From Octopus vulgaris (taxonomy: Eukaryota): a stretch of 64,000 nucleotides of DNA. Every line of letters begins with the position of its first letter. Position 1 is the first letter of the stretch. The stretch is taken from the NCBI GenBank assembly GCA_951406725.2, contig OX597819.1, positions 20,336,001-20,400,000 on the forward strand, written 5' to 3'. The position numbers were made by a program, and so were the translations under genes. The notes beneath the pieces were generated by a model, which worked only from the letters and a program-made list of their open reading frames with translations, searched no databases and had not been told where the DNA came from. Positions 1-12,824 of this stretch are shown here, piece after piece.

Positions 1-1307
1 TTTGCTCAGTTTTTGGTAGGTCTTGACAGATACGTTTATATCGATTGGGACAGTCATATCAATGAGGAGGCATGTTCTTTGTCTGCAGTCTTTCAATATG
101 ATGTCTGGTCTATTTGCATCTATCTTCCTGTCAGTTTGAATGGTGAAGTTCCAGAGGAGTGAGATGTGGTCATTTTCAAGCACAGGAGGTGGATTGTGTT
201 CCCACCAGTTTTTTTCATGGGGCAAATCCAGGTTTTTGCAAATTACCCAGTGAATATATTGTGCTGCTCCATCATGCCTACTGAGGTACTCTGTAGGCGC
301 TAGAAGACTGCATTTGGTACAACATGGTCAATGGTTTCATTTTGTTGTCGGCATACACGACATGTTGGGCTACTGCCGTTCTTTAATATGTTGGCCTGGT
401 AGTTTCTTGTTGGTAGGCATTGATCTTGAGCTGCTATGATAAACCCCTCTGTTTCAGATTTTAAGCCAGAGGCCATTAGCCATTGATGGGTCAGGGCTTT
501 GTCGCTCTCTTTGGGTATTTGCCATAGAGAGGTTTTTCTTGCCATTTATTATTCAGAATATCTAAGGCCGCAGTTTTGGGACGGGTTTTCATGCGCCTAG
601 CTTTTTCTGTGTTTGTTTCTTGTATGTCTATCTCTAATTCCGAAATTGGTTGTATTCGAAATTCACTTAGATATTCCTTTGTCTGTTTTGTGACTGAGTA
701 TGATGCTTTCTTGTTTTCATGTTTTGAGACAAGTTTTAACATCCAGTCCTCAGAGTTTTTCAGGTAGGTGTCTAGGCCAATTGTAGCAATCTTCATTGTT
801 ATTGCCAGTTGCAAAAGACCACGGCCTCCTCTTTTCTTGGCAGATAGAGTCGTTCTGTATCTGCCTTAGGGTGCTGCATTCTATGCATTGTCAACAGTTT
901 CCTTATTTTTCTGTCGAGCTGACATATTTCAGTAATTGACCAGTTAACAATATTGAAACTGTAAGTCATGACTGGTATGGCTAATGCATTGATCGCTTGG
1001 ATCCTGTTTCTTGCATTCAGCTCTGTCTTGAGTATTGCTCTCACTCTTCGATAGCATTCTCTCCTGATTCTTTCCTTCATCTCTGAATGCCTTATTCCGT
1101 TCCCTTCAATTACCCCTAGGTACTTGTAGCTCTCCGCTGGGTCTAGTTCTTTTATGACATTCTGCTGGTCAAGGTTAACGTTAGATGTTTCTGTCATTTT
1201 TCCTTTGATAAAGGTAGCCTTTGCACATTTATCGAGGCCGAATTGCATTCTGATGTCGTCACTGAATTGTTTGACTATCGCTAGTAAGCCCTTGAGTTGT
1301 TGGTCAA
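1..1307 (-). mobile_element. R4/Dong-type non-LTR retrotransposon remnant (RT C-terminal half, CCHC knuckle, restriction-like endonuclease); 5'-truncated, frameshifted, continues past window start
   Basis: Minus-strand translations: SDDIRMQFGLDKCA...YKYLGV (RT), AAQDQCLPTRNY...CRVCRQQNETIDHVV (zinc knuckle), LLWNFTIQTDRKIDANRPDIILKD...LLIDMTVP (PD..D nuclease). The 5' break abuts (TTA)n at 1308. Confidence 0.92.
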
Positions 1308-1329
1308 TATTATTATTATTATTATTATT

Positions 1330-1861
1330 CAGTAGTTTTATTTTTATAGCGTGCTTTCACTTCACTACCGAGCGCAGCTCTGTGTGCCTTGGGTATGTGC
1401 TGTGATTTGTTGTGATGCTCTGATGGTTATTGTATGGAAAGTGTTCTGCGTAGGATGTGTGCAGTGCCTAGTAGTGCAATTTTCTGTATGTTATATGTGT
1501 TTGTAAGTCCTGGTGTTTTTGTTATGTATTTGTCTGAATATTTTTTTATCATGCCTAATGCACCTACTATGATAGGAATTGTTTCTGTTTTTAGATTCCA
1601 CATTCTGGCTACCTCTATTTCCAAGTCTTTGTATTTTGAGAGTTTCTCCATTTCTTTTAGAGACACGTTGTCATCTGCCGGTATTGATACATCAATTAGA
1701 AAGCATTTTTTTCTTCATAATCTCTGACAACTATATCTGGTCTGTTGGCCTTAATTTCTCTATCTGTGTGTATCGGCATATCCCAGAGTATGGTTGCTTT
1801 CTCGTTTTCTGTGACCTTTTCTGGTGTGTGCCTATACCATCTTTTTTCTGTTGTTATTCCA
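1330..1861 (-). mobile_element. R4/Dong-type LINE 3' fragment (RLE C-terminus plus 3' UTR) ending in (TAA)n
   Basis: ILWDMPIHTDREIKANRPDIVVRD...KCFLIDVSIP...EKLSKYKDLEIEVARMWNLKTETIPIIVGALG...LLGTAHILRRTL; the 3' UTR runs into the TTA repeat at 1308-1329. Close paralogue at 40035-40545. Confidence 0.92.
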
Positions 1862-2190
1862 TTTTTTCTGTTGTTATTACATTTTTTTCTGTTGTTATTC
1901 CATTTTTTTCTGTTGTTATTCCATTTATTTTCTGTTGTTATTCCATTTTTTCTGTTGTTATTCCATTTATTTTCTGTTGTTATTCCATTTATTCTGTTGT
2001 TATTCCATTTATTCTGTTGTTATTCCATTTATTCTGTTGTTATTCCATTTATTCTGTTGTTATTCCATTTTTTCTGTTGTTATTCCATTTATTTTCTGTT
2101 GTTATTCCATTTATTCTGTTGTTATTCCATTTATTCTGTTGTTATTCCATTTATTCTGTTGTTATTCCATTTTTTCTGTTGTTATTCCAT
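1842..2190. repeat. Minisatellite, 17 copies of a 20-22 bp unit (TT[T/A]TTCTGTTGTTATTCCAT)
   Basis: 17 occurrences of CTGTTGTTATT counted; the unit matches the LINE coding sequence at its truncation point. Confidence 0.95.
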
Positions 2191-2192
2191 TT

Positions 2193-2285
<93 letters not shown>
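2191..2285. repeat. (TTA)n microsatellite
   Basis: Read directly. Confidence 0.98.
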
Positions 2286-2289
<4 letters not shown>

Positions 2290-2359
2290 TCACTGCCTGG
2301 AATCGAAATCGGGATCTTGGCGTTAGTAGCCCGAGCTCTTAACCACTACGCCATATGCC
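2286..2359 (-). mobile_element. tRNA-derived SINE head (tRNA-like, CT-ACT-AA loop) followed by (AAT)n
   Basis: Minus strand GGCATATGGCGTAGTGGTTAAGAGCTCGGGCTACTAACGCCAAGATCCCGATTTCGATTCCAGGCAGTGACCTG: A-box TGGCGTAGTGG, B-box-like TTCGATTCC; acceptor stem broken. Confidence 0.75.
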
Positions 2360-2362
2360 AGT

Positions 2363-2408
2363 GACACCTAATGAAGGCTGGAGAGTATATCAGCTGAAAC
2401 ATTGTGTT
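2363..2408 (+). ncRNA. Degenerate minimal hammerhead ribozyme (core CTAATGA instead of CTGATGA) in a repeat tail extending to about 2497
   Basis: gacac-CTAATGA-aggctg gagagtatat cagct-GAAAC-ATT-gtgtt; homologous to the minus-strand copy at 16491-16536. Confidence 0.65.
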
Positions 2409-4849
2409 AACAACAAACAAGATGTGGACAAATATCCGTCAAAAGTAAATAATGTAGATAAATATACATAATTGCTCATCCCTTAAATATAGAACTGTAT
2501 GATTTAATCTTCGTTAAGACGATAATTCTAGACTAATCTTTCAAAAGAATATGTGATAGAAGCAGTTAGTACCATGTTTTATTGTAAGCAGCAAGTGATC
2601 ATGGCGATGACATCGTAACGAATATTATCATCATCGTTGCATTGGAATTGGTTAATAGTTCACTCCTGGTTTCTTTTAATCTAAGTATATTTTATGAGGA
2701 TATTTTATGTGTACAGAAATGGCGAGAGTTTTAAAAAAAGTGATTGCATTGGAAATATCGGAATCTTCATAGCGACCACGTCGGTTAGAATCGAAATTTG
2801 GCATTACATAAACCACAAATTGCCCCGTAACGTTATTCTTTTTTTAAGTAAATAATTAATGAAGAAGGCGCTAGTAACGATGTCTACGGTACTATTATAA
2901 TTCTCATCGTCCACCATGTAGAGTCGTGGCTACATATATGTGTGCAAATTACTGTTATATACCATCAGCTATTCCCCTACCAACACCATCAGACTCTAAT
3001 TACCGCCTGACTGTTTACGGCACTCTATTATTCGCATTTGTTGTTTATGGCTAATGAAATTTATGTGACTTCGCTTATTTCCGACTTTGATGAATGGCTA
3101 GATGAGTGAAGAATCTGTCGATTTTCAGGCGTGTTTGTGCCAGCAGTAGACACCAAAATACACTTAACAAATTAATTTGGTCTCAGGAAGAGAACGGCGT
3201 CGACTGGGATGGGAAATGGTATTTCAGAAAACAACGCTCGATATTCCATCTGTCGCCTTCATCTTTCCCTCTGTCAGGACCTACAGCACTTGTTTTTCTA
3301 TCAGTACTTCCTTATATATTTCTCATTTGGTCACTCCTGCTTCTTTGTCTTTATCTTTGTTTTCTGTTTCACCTTTTCTATTTTTCTCCTTTACATCTTC
3401 TAATTTACTTGTCTCTTCCCATCAAAGTGTATTTCTTTCTCATCGTTTGTATGGATCTCTAACTATTTACTACTTCTTTATCATTGAATGTCTGTCAGAT
3501 TTCGATTTCTTCCTCACCCTATCTGTCCCTGTCTGTGTGCTTTCTACACAGCCTTTTCTTCTTGCTCTTTGCTCTTCTTCATTCAGCATCTACCAGCATC
3601 TCACTCACATTCATCGTTTTAATTTGACACAACCATTGTTTTTCCTCTTTCCCTCCATCGCACACTTTTTAACACATATACACAGCATAAGCCCGCACAC
3701 ATACAAGCAGTTAAACTTTCACAGTACACACACCATCTGTGTGTAAATATTTGAAAAGTCTTGTTCGCCAAAGCTGAAGATTGCTGGCTAAAATCTTTAA
3801 AATGATAGAGTTTTAAATCTAGCCGTCATGTACGAAGCTAAACTTAGACAGAAGGAGATTCTAAGATTGGCTCGAAGAACTATTGCTGGCTTTGATAAAA
3901 GAGCAAAATAAAGTGAAAATAAATAAATCACCAATGCCATCGATTCTTCCAATAACAGCTGGAATTTTGCCAAATTTTACAGCCCTTTTGACATTCGAAA
4001 AACACTGTAATAAAATACGATTTAATTGTATTAGGTTTAAGCTAAAGGAAAATAAATAAAAATTAAACTGTATCGTATTTGTGTGTTTGTGTCTCAGACA
4101 TTATTAAAAGTTAATTCTACTATAAGACTGGACTTAAGACTACTACTAATACCATTAATAACTGTTATTTTTAGTAAGATATTTGGTTTTTTTAAATAAT
4201 TTTTTTATTTGAATTGGGTGCAATTCGACAGAAGTGGGCGAAGCATGTAGCTGATTGTATTAACGAAGTACTTAACAGATGCTTATTTTCCTAAGCTCCT
4301 AATCAATAAAAATACGTAGCTTATTTTGGAGGCATTGAAGTAAAAAAAAAAAAATCACAAGGAATTTTGTCGTAGCTCTACCGAGTGTGACCTCTGTCGT
4401 TCACTATAATAATAATCGTTGTTTCTAACATAAGCACCACGGCTGTCTCTTTTTTTTTCTTTGGAAGGTAAAATCAGTTACTTTCACTCTGGTATTTGGT
4501 TGGTAATGTTATTGGCTCTAAATACTTAAGTGGCGAATTTGATATAGCTGAAATTTGATCTCAGTACGTCATCATCGATGGTTTGTGATTCAGACAGAGA
4601 AAGTAAGCTATTTTGAGAAAAACGGTCAAGTCGTTGACATCAAAGGCCACATTTGACTACAATCTCTCTTCATTGCCCGGCTGAAAGGCAACACTTCCAC
4701 AGGTGGGATTTCACCGGAGACAATCGACAAAAAGAAGAAAGACAACGTACTGCGACACCTGATATTTCAACAGCCCCTAATAACCATAGTAGGACCTAAA
4801 GAGAACGTGTAAGTGGGATAATTAAACTAAAATTAGCAAGTTGGAATCC

Positions 4850-5500
4850 TTCATTGGAGAGACGAACTTATGAAAATAAAGGAAACGTCATAAGATTTGA
4901 ATCGGCCCAAAATGTAAGTTTAAGGGAAAACTATCATCTCTGATTCTTTGTCTACAAGAGTATCCTCTGAGTAGATCCTTATATAAGTAGCATGGTTTCT
5001 ACTGTGTCCGACCTTTAATGAATTCCATCGGTTGGTAGCGCTACTTATGTCACTGACTCCTTCTTTCGCAGATAAAATTTTTAAAAAGTAGATTGATATA
5101 GTGTTGACCAAAGTGGAAAGTGTTCCTCGTCGTACAAGTAAGTTTCGTAGTGCAGACCACCTCTTTACTTGTCATCGCCAATGAAGCAAAACCACTTTGT
5201 CACCAATAGAAGGTTGTGCAACGATATTTATGTTGGATTCAGTCGATGAACGACTCCGTCCTGCGCTTGACAACAACAACTCGTCCAGTCTTGATGTATC
5301 ATTCATGAATATCCAGATACTAATGTATGATTGTATGCAAAAAGGCTTCGTCGTTATATTTTTGCGTCGCACAAGTCCTCTTGACAGAATTTCCGTGAAT
5401 CGGATTTGTTTCCAAAGTTTGTATGAAACCATGTCCCCGCAATAGTACGAATTTTTCACAAACACACTGGATTTCGTGAAGCCATTGAACATTCATGGGC
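4850..5500 (-). mobile_element. Highly degenerate Tc1/mariner-superfamily (DUF4817-type HTH) transposase remnant
   Basis: SAGRSRSSTESNINIVAQ resembles GRPRSART.ENIEAVR; VNTISIYFLKIL...YSEDTLVDKESEMIVFP...DSNLMTFPLF resembles the region ending WPPRSPDLNPCDFFLW. Judged by eye only. Confidence 0.45.
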
Positions 5501-7329
5501 CGAATTTTCTTTCCAAAGAATTTCTATCTTTTCCTCCAAACTATTCTTCTATAAAACGCAGATTGTGTAGATTGCACATTAAACGCGAGATTAGTAGAAA
5601 ACAACACTTCCATAAGAGAATAAAAATCTTCTTGAAATAAAACAAATGCAATCGCAATGGTGGTAATTTATAGCGAATAGGATGATTTGCCGCCTCTAAC
5701 AATCTGGCTGAAATATGAACCCACGAGCATTCAAATGACATTGTCAAATGTAATACACATTTATTTACATTGTTTTAAACTAATCATGCATTATCTCGTA
5801 GCTTGAAAATTTCGATGATGTGACTGTTTATTTATGAAAGAGATTGTATGGTTAATGTGTGAGGCCAGATCTATTCGTCATCATGGCTTTGAGACATAGT
5901 TCATCTCAACAACAGTTTGCTTGATTTTGGAAAAACTAATTCTACATTTATTTAATAACATACTAGTTTTGCAATCTTTTTGGCTCTTGGGCTTTTCTCC
6001 TCTTTTCCTTACAATCAGTTACAAATGCTACAAGGAGTACGATTAACTTCTCTCGAATGATAGATGATTTCGATAAATTTAGAATTTATGTGTAGTATAA
6101 TTCGATTCGTCTTATTAGTATCCGCACGGTTTTAAAAAAAGGACACATTTCATAATGTATTTGTAGACACTCCTACTTAATGACACGATAATCAACGCCT
6201 GAATGCTTATGATCACAAGTTTCCTTGGGCAGGATTAAAGTGAGACTAAGCATCAAGCGGAACATTTCAGAGTTTCCGCAGATCAGGAAAGAAAAGCCAT
6301 TAAAAGTTTCAAGTTTCTATTCATTCGTTTATGTAGCTTTCTTATATTTCGAGCGAGAATTCTATAATTTTATAATAATTAAACTAATAAACGTATATTA
6401 TCATTAACAAGGGGAATGGTCTCTAATGACGATTTTTCGGAGAGGCTACGAATCCTGATGAGACTGGATTTTACAATAGCATATTATCAAAGTAAGTCGT
6501 AATCCAAGAGTGATTACGATTTACTCTACAGAACAAAATCATTGGAAATGCATTGGTACATGATAACATGTACAATTAACTCGTTAATACATGTTTCTGT
6601 AATATAATTTGTCAATTTCATAGTGCATTGCTGAGTGATGAGCAGCGACTAATGAATTGAAACGTATTCAAAGTCTATTATTAACACAACAACGAAGAGA
6701 CGTAAATATCAAAGAGAAAATTCTACAAACCCCTTACATCGAATATAATTCAATAACTATATTGCTATCGAAAACACTGAGATACCAATCATCTCTAGAT
6801 ACGATAGATAATTATAATTAACAATGAGTCAGAATAGGTTACTATTATTGCTTTAATAAATGCAGCCTTCAAATTTATCTTATACCCAGGTCAGGAATAT
6901 TTCACATTCTCCTCTGAAGGATACAGCGTGCAAATAACATGCAATTAGGAATTTGGTTACCTGAAATAGCTAAACATAAACAAATTTTATACAATGGAAC
7001 AGAACCTCATTGGCGATGTCGAATGCGTGCGAGGAAAGTTTCCCATACATAATACTATACGAATTTATCACAAATTAGAATGAAGTTATTACGGTGTTGA
7101 TTATGAGTGTAAATGTTATCGGTTCTCTTTTCGTTTGTAAAGGCACCTGTTCACAAATCTTCTGCCTTTATGTTTTCTTTCACCGTCTGTCTTGCTTCTT
7201 GCTATGTGTGTGTGAACATACATAAATGCATACACGCACAAACACACAAGGGCAAACATAGATACAGACACTTACACACATAGACACACACACTCACACA
7301 CGTAGACACACACTCACACACATAGTATT

Positions 7330-7671
7330 ATGTGTATGTAACAGTCTGTAAAATATAATGCAGTTTCATAAACTATCTGTGAAGTTGAATGAGCTTTGAT
7401 AGCACTGACATCTCCCTCTTACCGTTCTCTAATAAAAAAGGTGAATGGAGACATATCAATACTAGTTCTAGCAGGTGATGCGATGGAATGGAAGCTCCTT
7501 TTTTGCGTTATGGAAAAAGAATATCATTAAAAATCTTAAATTTAACAAAACAGAAAGATGTGAACTTCAACCCACGAGACTGTCTGTCGAAAATTATTCT
7601 GAAGCTATGACTTTTTTGTTCACACATTTATTTTTACCAACGTCTTAAGATATAACATTTCGACTACAATT
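7330..7671. repeat. Direct repeat, copy 1 (about 340 bp; copy 2 at 9467-9833)
   Basis: Collinear match from ATGTGTATGTAACA to TCGACTACAATT with scattered substitutions. Confidence 0.93.
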
Positions 7672-9466
7672 CAATTTAGGTTTGAACCTTGTAGTCTGCT
7701 TTTCAAAGCCTGCCCACACGTATCGGTTAAGATAATAGGACATAACAAACATAGGTCTTTTTCCGATGGTACCTGAAGATCCTTCATTATTCGTGGAGAT
7801 TCCATAAACATTAATAAAGAGAATGGAGTAAGCACTTTGTTTTAATGAATATTTCCACAACAGCTTTATCGAATCTTTACCAGATTATTGTGGAATATAT
7901 TATATAATATACGAAATAATACATAGAATCAGTTTTCTTTAAGCCACACTGGAAACTATCGACTTTTCAGGTTTATGTAGAAATAGAATTGCTTTAAATT
8001 ACGCGTATACACATATACATACCTACGTACGTACCTATGTATTTCTGTATGCATGTATGTGTGTAAGTAGTTATGCGAATGATGTTGTCCACTTTTTATT
8101 TCGAAGACTATTTTAATCTAAATATTTATTTAATAAGCTATAACTTATAGCAACATTTATATTGGAATAACTTCGTATTTTGAAGTTTCTCAATGCTTAA
8201 AAATACGAAAAAAAAAAGACTCCGCAAGTATAAATATTTATACATATATACACCAAAAACTACACTTGCACACACAAAGACACATATACATACGTCCTCA
8301 AAAATATATATATATATATAAATATATACATACGCCCATATATATGTGTGTGTATATCTGTACATATTTGTGTGTATGTATATATGTATATATATATATA
8401 TACACAGATAAAGAGAGAGAGATACATGCACACACGCGCACACCCACATATGTATGTATATATACAGACATATCTGTGTGTGTATATGTGTATATATATA
8501 TGTGTGTGTATATACACATATGTGCGCGTGTGCGTATATGCACCTATATACTTAATGATATATTCTGTGTACACATGCATACGCAATGTTTTCTGATTCA
8601 AATATTGTGTCAAGCCACATATTCTAACACAACAGACAATAGGATAAAATTAAACATCATCAATATTGAATTGAGTTTTCTAGTTTCTCCTCCCAAGTTG
8701 TAACTCTGCTATTAGTCGGATATGATTTTATCATACTTGAATATTATTTTTATCGACGCTGTTATTGTTGTTTATCTTTTTTTTTTATTTTTGTATGTGT
8801 TTTACGTTGCGAATATATTCAGTCTTGCTAATTGGCTATGAACCAAAGACATATGTTATAAAGTTTATGCTTTCCGACGAACATATAAACCAACTCAAGA
8901 ATATTGCTCTCACATTGATGCACCTAACCTTTAATAACACTTTTATGCTGTCTCGCTAGAACGAAATTTTATCTGTAAACTATCATTTGATTTCAACTCT
9001 ATAATTCATGGTTCGCTTCCGTATTGTTCTAAATTAACTCGTTCACGCTATGCTGACCAAGCTATAACTCCATAACTTTTTTATTCGCCTAAAAAGTAAA
9101 GTATATGAACTCTAAGACTAGTATTGATATATATTTTATGGTTAAACTATTTTCTACATAATTTACTACAAATAATTCCTACTTGTCTAAATGAGTTTCG
9201 GATGGTGTTGTTATTGTTGTTGTTTAATAATAAAAATAAAAAATAATAAAACAGTTATTGTTGTTGTTTTTAAGAACCATTTTTTCCTTGATTATGCATT
9301 CTAATCTTTGGGTGTTGTTTCCATGAAAGTTGATGCCATCCATGTATGTACAGAGTCGACAGTTGACTTACGGTTTCGTAGTTCATGTTTAAATCAATTG
9401 TTTTGTAGAATAATGTTTATCAAATACATTTGCACTCATCACCACGCAGTCTCTTATGTTGAGGTC

Positions 9467-9833
9467 ATGTGTATGTAACAATCTGTAAAATATAATGTAG
9501 TTTCTTAAATTGTCTGTGAAGTTGAATGAGCCTTGATACCACTGACATCTCCCTCTTACCGTTCTCTAGTAAAGAAGGTGAATGGAGACATATCAATACT
9601 AGTTCTAGCAGGTGACGCGATGAAATAGAAGCTAATTATTAGCGTTATGGAAAAAGAATATCGTAAGAGATTATACATATGAAGTAGTGAAAACTCTTTA
9701 ACAAAACGGAAGGATGTGAACTTCAGCCGACGAAACTATCTGTCAAAAACTATTCTGAAACAAGACAAAAAATTTATTAGTTCACACATTGATTTTTGTC
9801 AACGTCTCAAAGTATAACAAGTCGACTACAATT
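9467..9833. repeat. Direct repeat, copy 2 (carries a roughly 25-bp internal insertion)
   Basis: Collinear with 7330-7671. Confidence 0.93.
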
Positions 9834-11565
9834 ACGGAGATAGGAAGAAGAGAGAGAGAGAGTGAGAGAGAGAGAGTGACAAGCAAGGAGGGAAGGAAGA
9901 GAGAGAATAAGGAGTAAGACTAAATGACTAATAATTGGAATGAACTTTACTTATCGACCTTAAATGATGTAACGTGCACATCGTACACCAATGTAGAATA
10001 TATTATGTACGTTTGATATTTTCGTTTAGTTTCAGCTCTACTTCTATAGAATTACATACATATACACACAGCTACACACGAATACCAGTGTTTGTTTCTA
10101 TACATCCGCGCATAAATAGATGTTAATGTGTGGTGCGTACATAAATTTGGAATCAAGTGCAGATTCACTCTGTTACCATTTAGAATTTCAACGGAATAGT
10201 TGTATAATATTTTTTCGCCAACTAGAAAAATTCCATTGTCTCTAGATTAGATTTAGTGCAACAATCTTTCTCCGTTCTGTGAACATTGCTATTGCCTTTG
10301 AATTCTCTTTCATTTGTCTACGATAATTAAACTCAATCACACAAACTTTGTGTCAAGAGTCAATTAAATAGACTTTACTCTATACTTACATGAAAACAGT
10401 TTTATTTTCTGCGCCAGAGATATAGTAATTATGAACGAATTATGATTTTGACATCATCGGGTAATGAAAATGTACAGTCGTGTAAATGCTGGCAATTATT
10501 TAATGAAATTCGGCTTTCCATTACCGCAGGGAGGTTTACACATACATTGTTTGTATCCATAATTATCTCAACAAATTCTACTTCAATATACTCTTCCATT
10601 ACAGTAAACCATACGTAGATTGGTAAATAGAGCAAAATAAGAAAAATGTAAATAGATTCACTATTATCATATTAGAAGTGTTACTTCACAAGATGTTCCC
10701 TGGTTGTTCAATTCCAAACATATATTTGCATATCTAAATACTTGGCAAATCGAATTACATTCTCACTTAGCGTCTTATACAATCCGTCTCGTAAGTCCTA
10801 CGTATGTTTGTCTGCTTTCAAAGTGAAATACAAAACCGGAGAAGATCGTTGTATCTCTATATATCAATTGTTAAGTAGTTTTTGACGAGAAATATTATGA
10901 TTTCAAAAATTCGATATCCCACTCAAATTGATAGTATTTTGAGGTTTCTCAACGATTATTACGAAAACTTTATTTGTGTGCGTGCTTATAAGACTCTTGG
11001 TCTTGTGATTTCCCCTTACTTTGAATAAAATACTTCAAAACACAATAATTCTCTCTCTCTCTCTTTTTCGTTTTCTTTCTTTCTTCATTCTCAACCGTTC
11101 CTCGAATTCAGCTACATGAATTTCTTTACTGAAATTCACTCTTGTAACGTATATCAGTCTTGTTACACAAACACACACACACACACATATACGTATATAT
11201 ATGTATAAATTTATATATATTTATATAAATATATAAAACTTTAAACAAATAATTTCATCATTCATCTTCTGAAATTCCCTCTTTTCACTTTATTTCGTTT
11301 TGCATCTGTACATCTACACTTATTTTATATTTGATGCAGTTAATGTTTAACATATCTGATGTGTCTAATTTACGTTGGCCCAAAATGTGATTCCATCCTC
11401 ACTAAACCTGTTCCCTCTAATAGCCTTTCTCTACTTTATTGAAGGAAACCCTATAATGACATCGGGGACTAAGTTTCAATATTTTGAGCACCATCATGTG
11501 TCTTCCTATCTGTGAAATCTCTACCTGTCTGTCGGTCTGTCTCTCTCTGTATATGTATATATGTA

Positions 11566-11619
<54 letters not shown>

Positions 11620-11620
<1 letters not shown>

Positions 11621-12003
11621 TAGCAGTATCGCCCGGCGTTGCTCGGGTTTGTAAGGAAATAGCTATAAAGCATTTTTAGAGAGTTATAGCCAAAAAATAG
11701 CAAAAAATGGGAAAAAAAATGATGGTAAATTTGTTTTGATAGTTAAAAAGGTCGAGTTGCGTCCCCTAGACCATCTGTGGTTTGTTTTTCTGATTGTCGA
11801 CCCCATGTCGAATTTATCGATCTTTTTCAGAACTGGGAGAACTTTTCAAAATTTTCGCTGCGTTAGTTTTGAATTATGACATTGGGCTATGTGTGTGTCA
11901 AGTTTCATCAGAATCGCTTGAAAGCCGTGGTCAGGGTGAGGGTACAACCAAACAGACACACAGAAACACGCACAGACAAACTGCCGTTTATATATATATA
12001 TGA
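11620..12003 (-). mobile_element. Non-autonomous Helitron
   Basis: Minus-strand 3' end ACCCGAGCAACGCCGGGC (GC hairpin)-GATACTG-CTAG followed by T; the 5' end reads TC-ATATATATATAAACGGCAG with (CTGT)-like repeats. Confidence 0.75.
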
Positions 12004-12039
12004 AAACAATTGCAGCGTGGAAGGTGCTGCAGCACGAAG

Positions 12040-12740
12040 TTTTGTTAGGGAACAGGTCGCGGTCCCAAAGCGACGAAAATATTTTGACAAGTTAAATTTA
12101 AATGCTGAAGTGAATCTAATTATTATGGTTGCTTATATGGTATTAACATCGGATTCGTGTCAGACAAACATCGTAGACGTTTGATTCATTTTCAATACAA
12201 GCGTTGTCTAAAATCCATGTAACGCAGTTGACCTCATCATGGTGTTTCCCGATTTCCAAATTTGTTTGAAACTGCCTTAGACAGAGTTACAAGTGACGAT
12301 CATAACTGTATCAGCGATTACAGTACTAATATAGAGATGATAAGAAAACTGCGGATGAGTACCAAATGGTAATAGCAGACAAGAATAAAAGGCTTTCTCT
12401 AAGCTTTTGAACTTTCGGTAGAGGGATAATATTTTTGCCAATAGCTCGTCGCTTAACTTGACAATATGTTTTGTCAAAGATATTTGTGTTGTGATTCGTG
12501 AGAGCTTGAGGCATTATTTTGCACACCCATGAAGTTGTTTAATGTATTTTGTAAATATCTTGTGGAATTTACGGCGACTCGGGAAAATATTCCCATTAAG
12601 GAAATAAAATTGTTTCACAACATTGTTTATATGTGAACGTCGTCTGATGAGAGTCCAAGACCAAGAAATATTAGCTGAGATATCTAATTTCTTTCTCCCG
12701 TTAAAGAAAATACATAAAGCTCTTACATAAAGAGTAACCA
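12040..12740 (-). mobile_element. Degenerate Penelope-like element (RT thumb/linker to GIY-YIG C-terminus), internally deleted
   Basis: NVVKQFYFLNGNIFPSRRKFHKIF...MPQALTNHNTNIF resembles PLE NIGKKF..IDKHFP..HKLHKIFN...MPN..IISSHN.KIL; VTWILDNACIENESNVYDVCLT resembles ITWSIL..A.PY.NGS..CNLCL.E. Confidence 0.55.
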
Positions 12741-12824
12741 TTCTTTAAGAATCAAAATTCAAAAAAAAAAAGCTAAAAAGCATTAGTTTCATAACCATTT
12801 CTACTTAATTCAGAAAGCCTTGGA

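Noticed and set aside
1842-2190. CRISPR-like array
   Set aside because: There are no unique spacers, the context is eukaryotic, and the unit is LINE-derived.
2286-2359. Functional tRNA-Ser(ACT) gene
   Set aside because: The acceptor and anticodon stems do not pair properly, there is no long variable arm, and it runs into (AAT)n; treated as a SINE head.
1579-2364. Long ORFs of 170-260 aa
   Set aside because: They are translations of the minisatellite and (TTA)n; the same applies to the many YIYI, CVCV and poly-L/I ORFs in the track.
6450-6520. CTGATGA followed by a stem II-like helix
   Set aside because: No GAAA or cleavage triplet follows; at most a truncated hammerhead.
12640-12680. CTGATGA...GAAAT
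   Set aside because: No stem I or III, and it lies antisense within a coding remnant.
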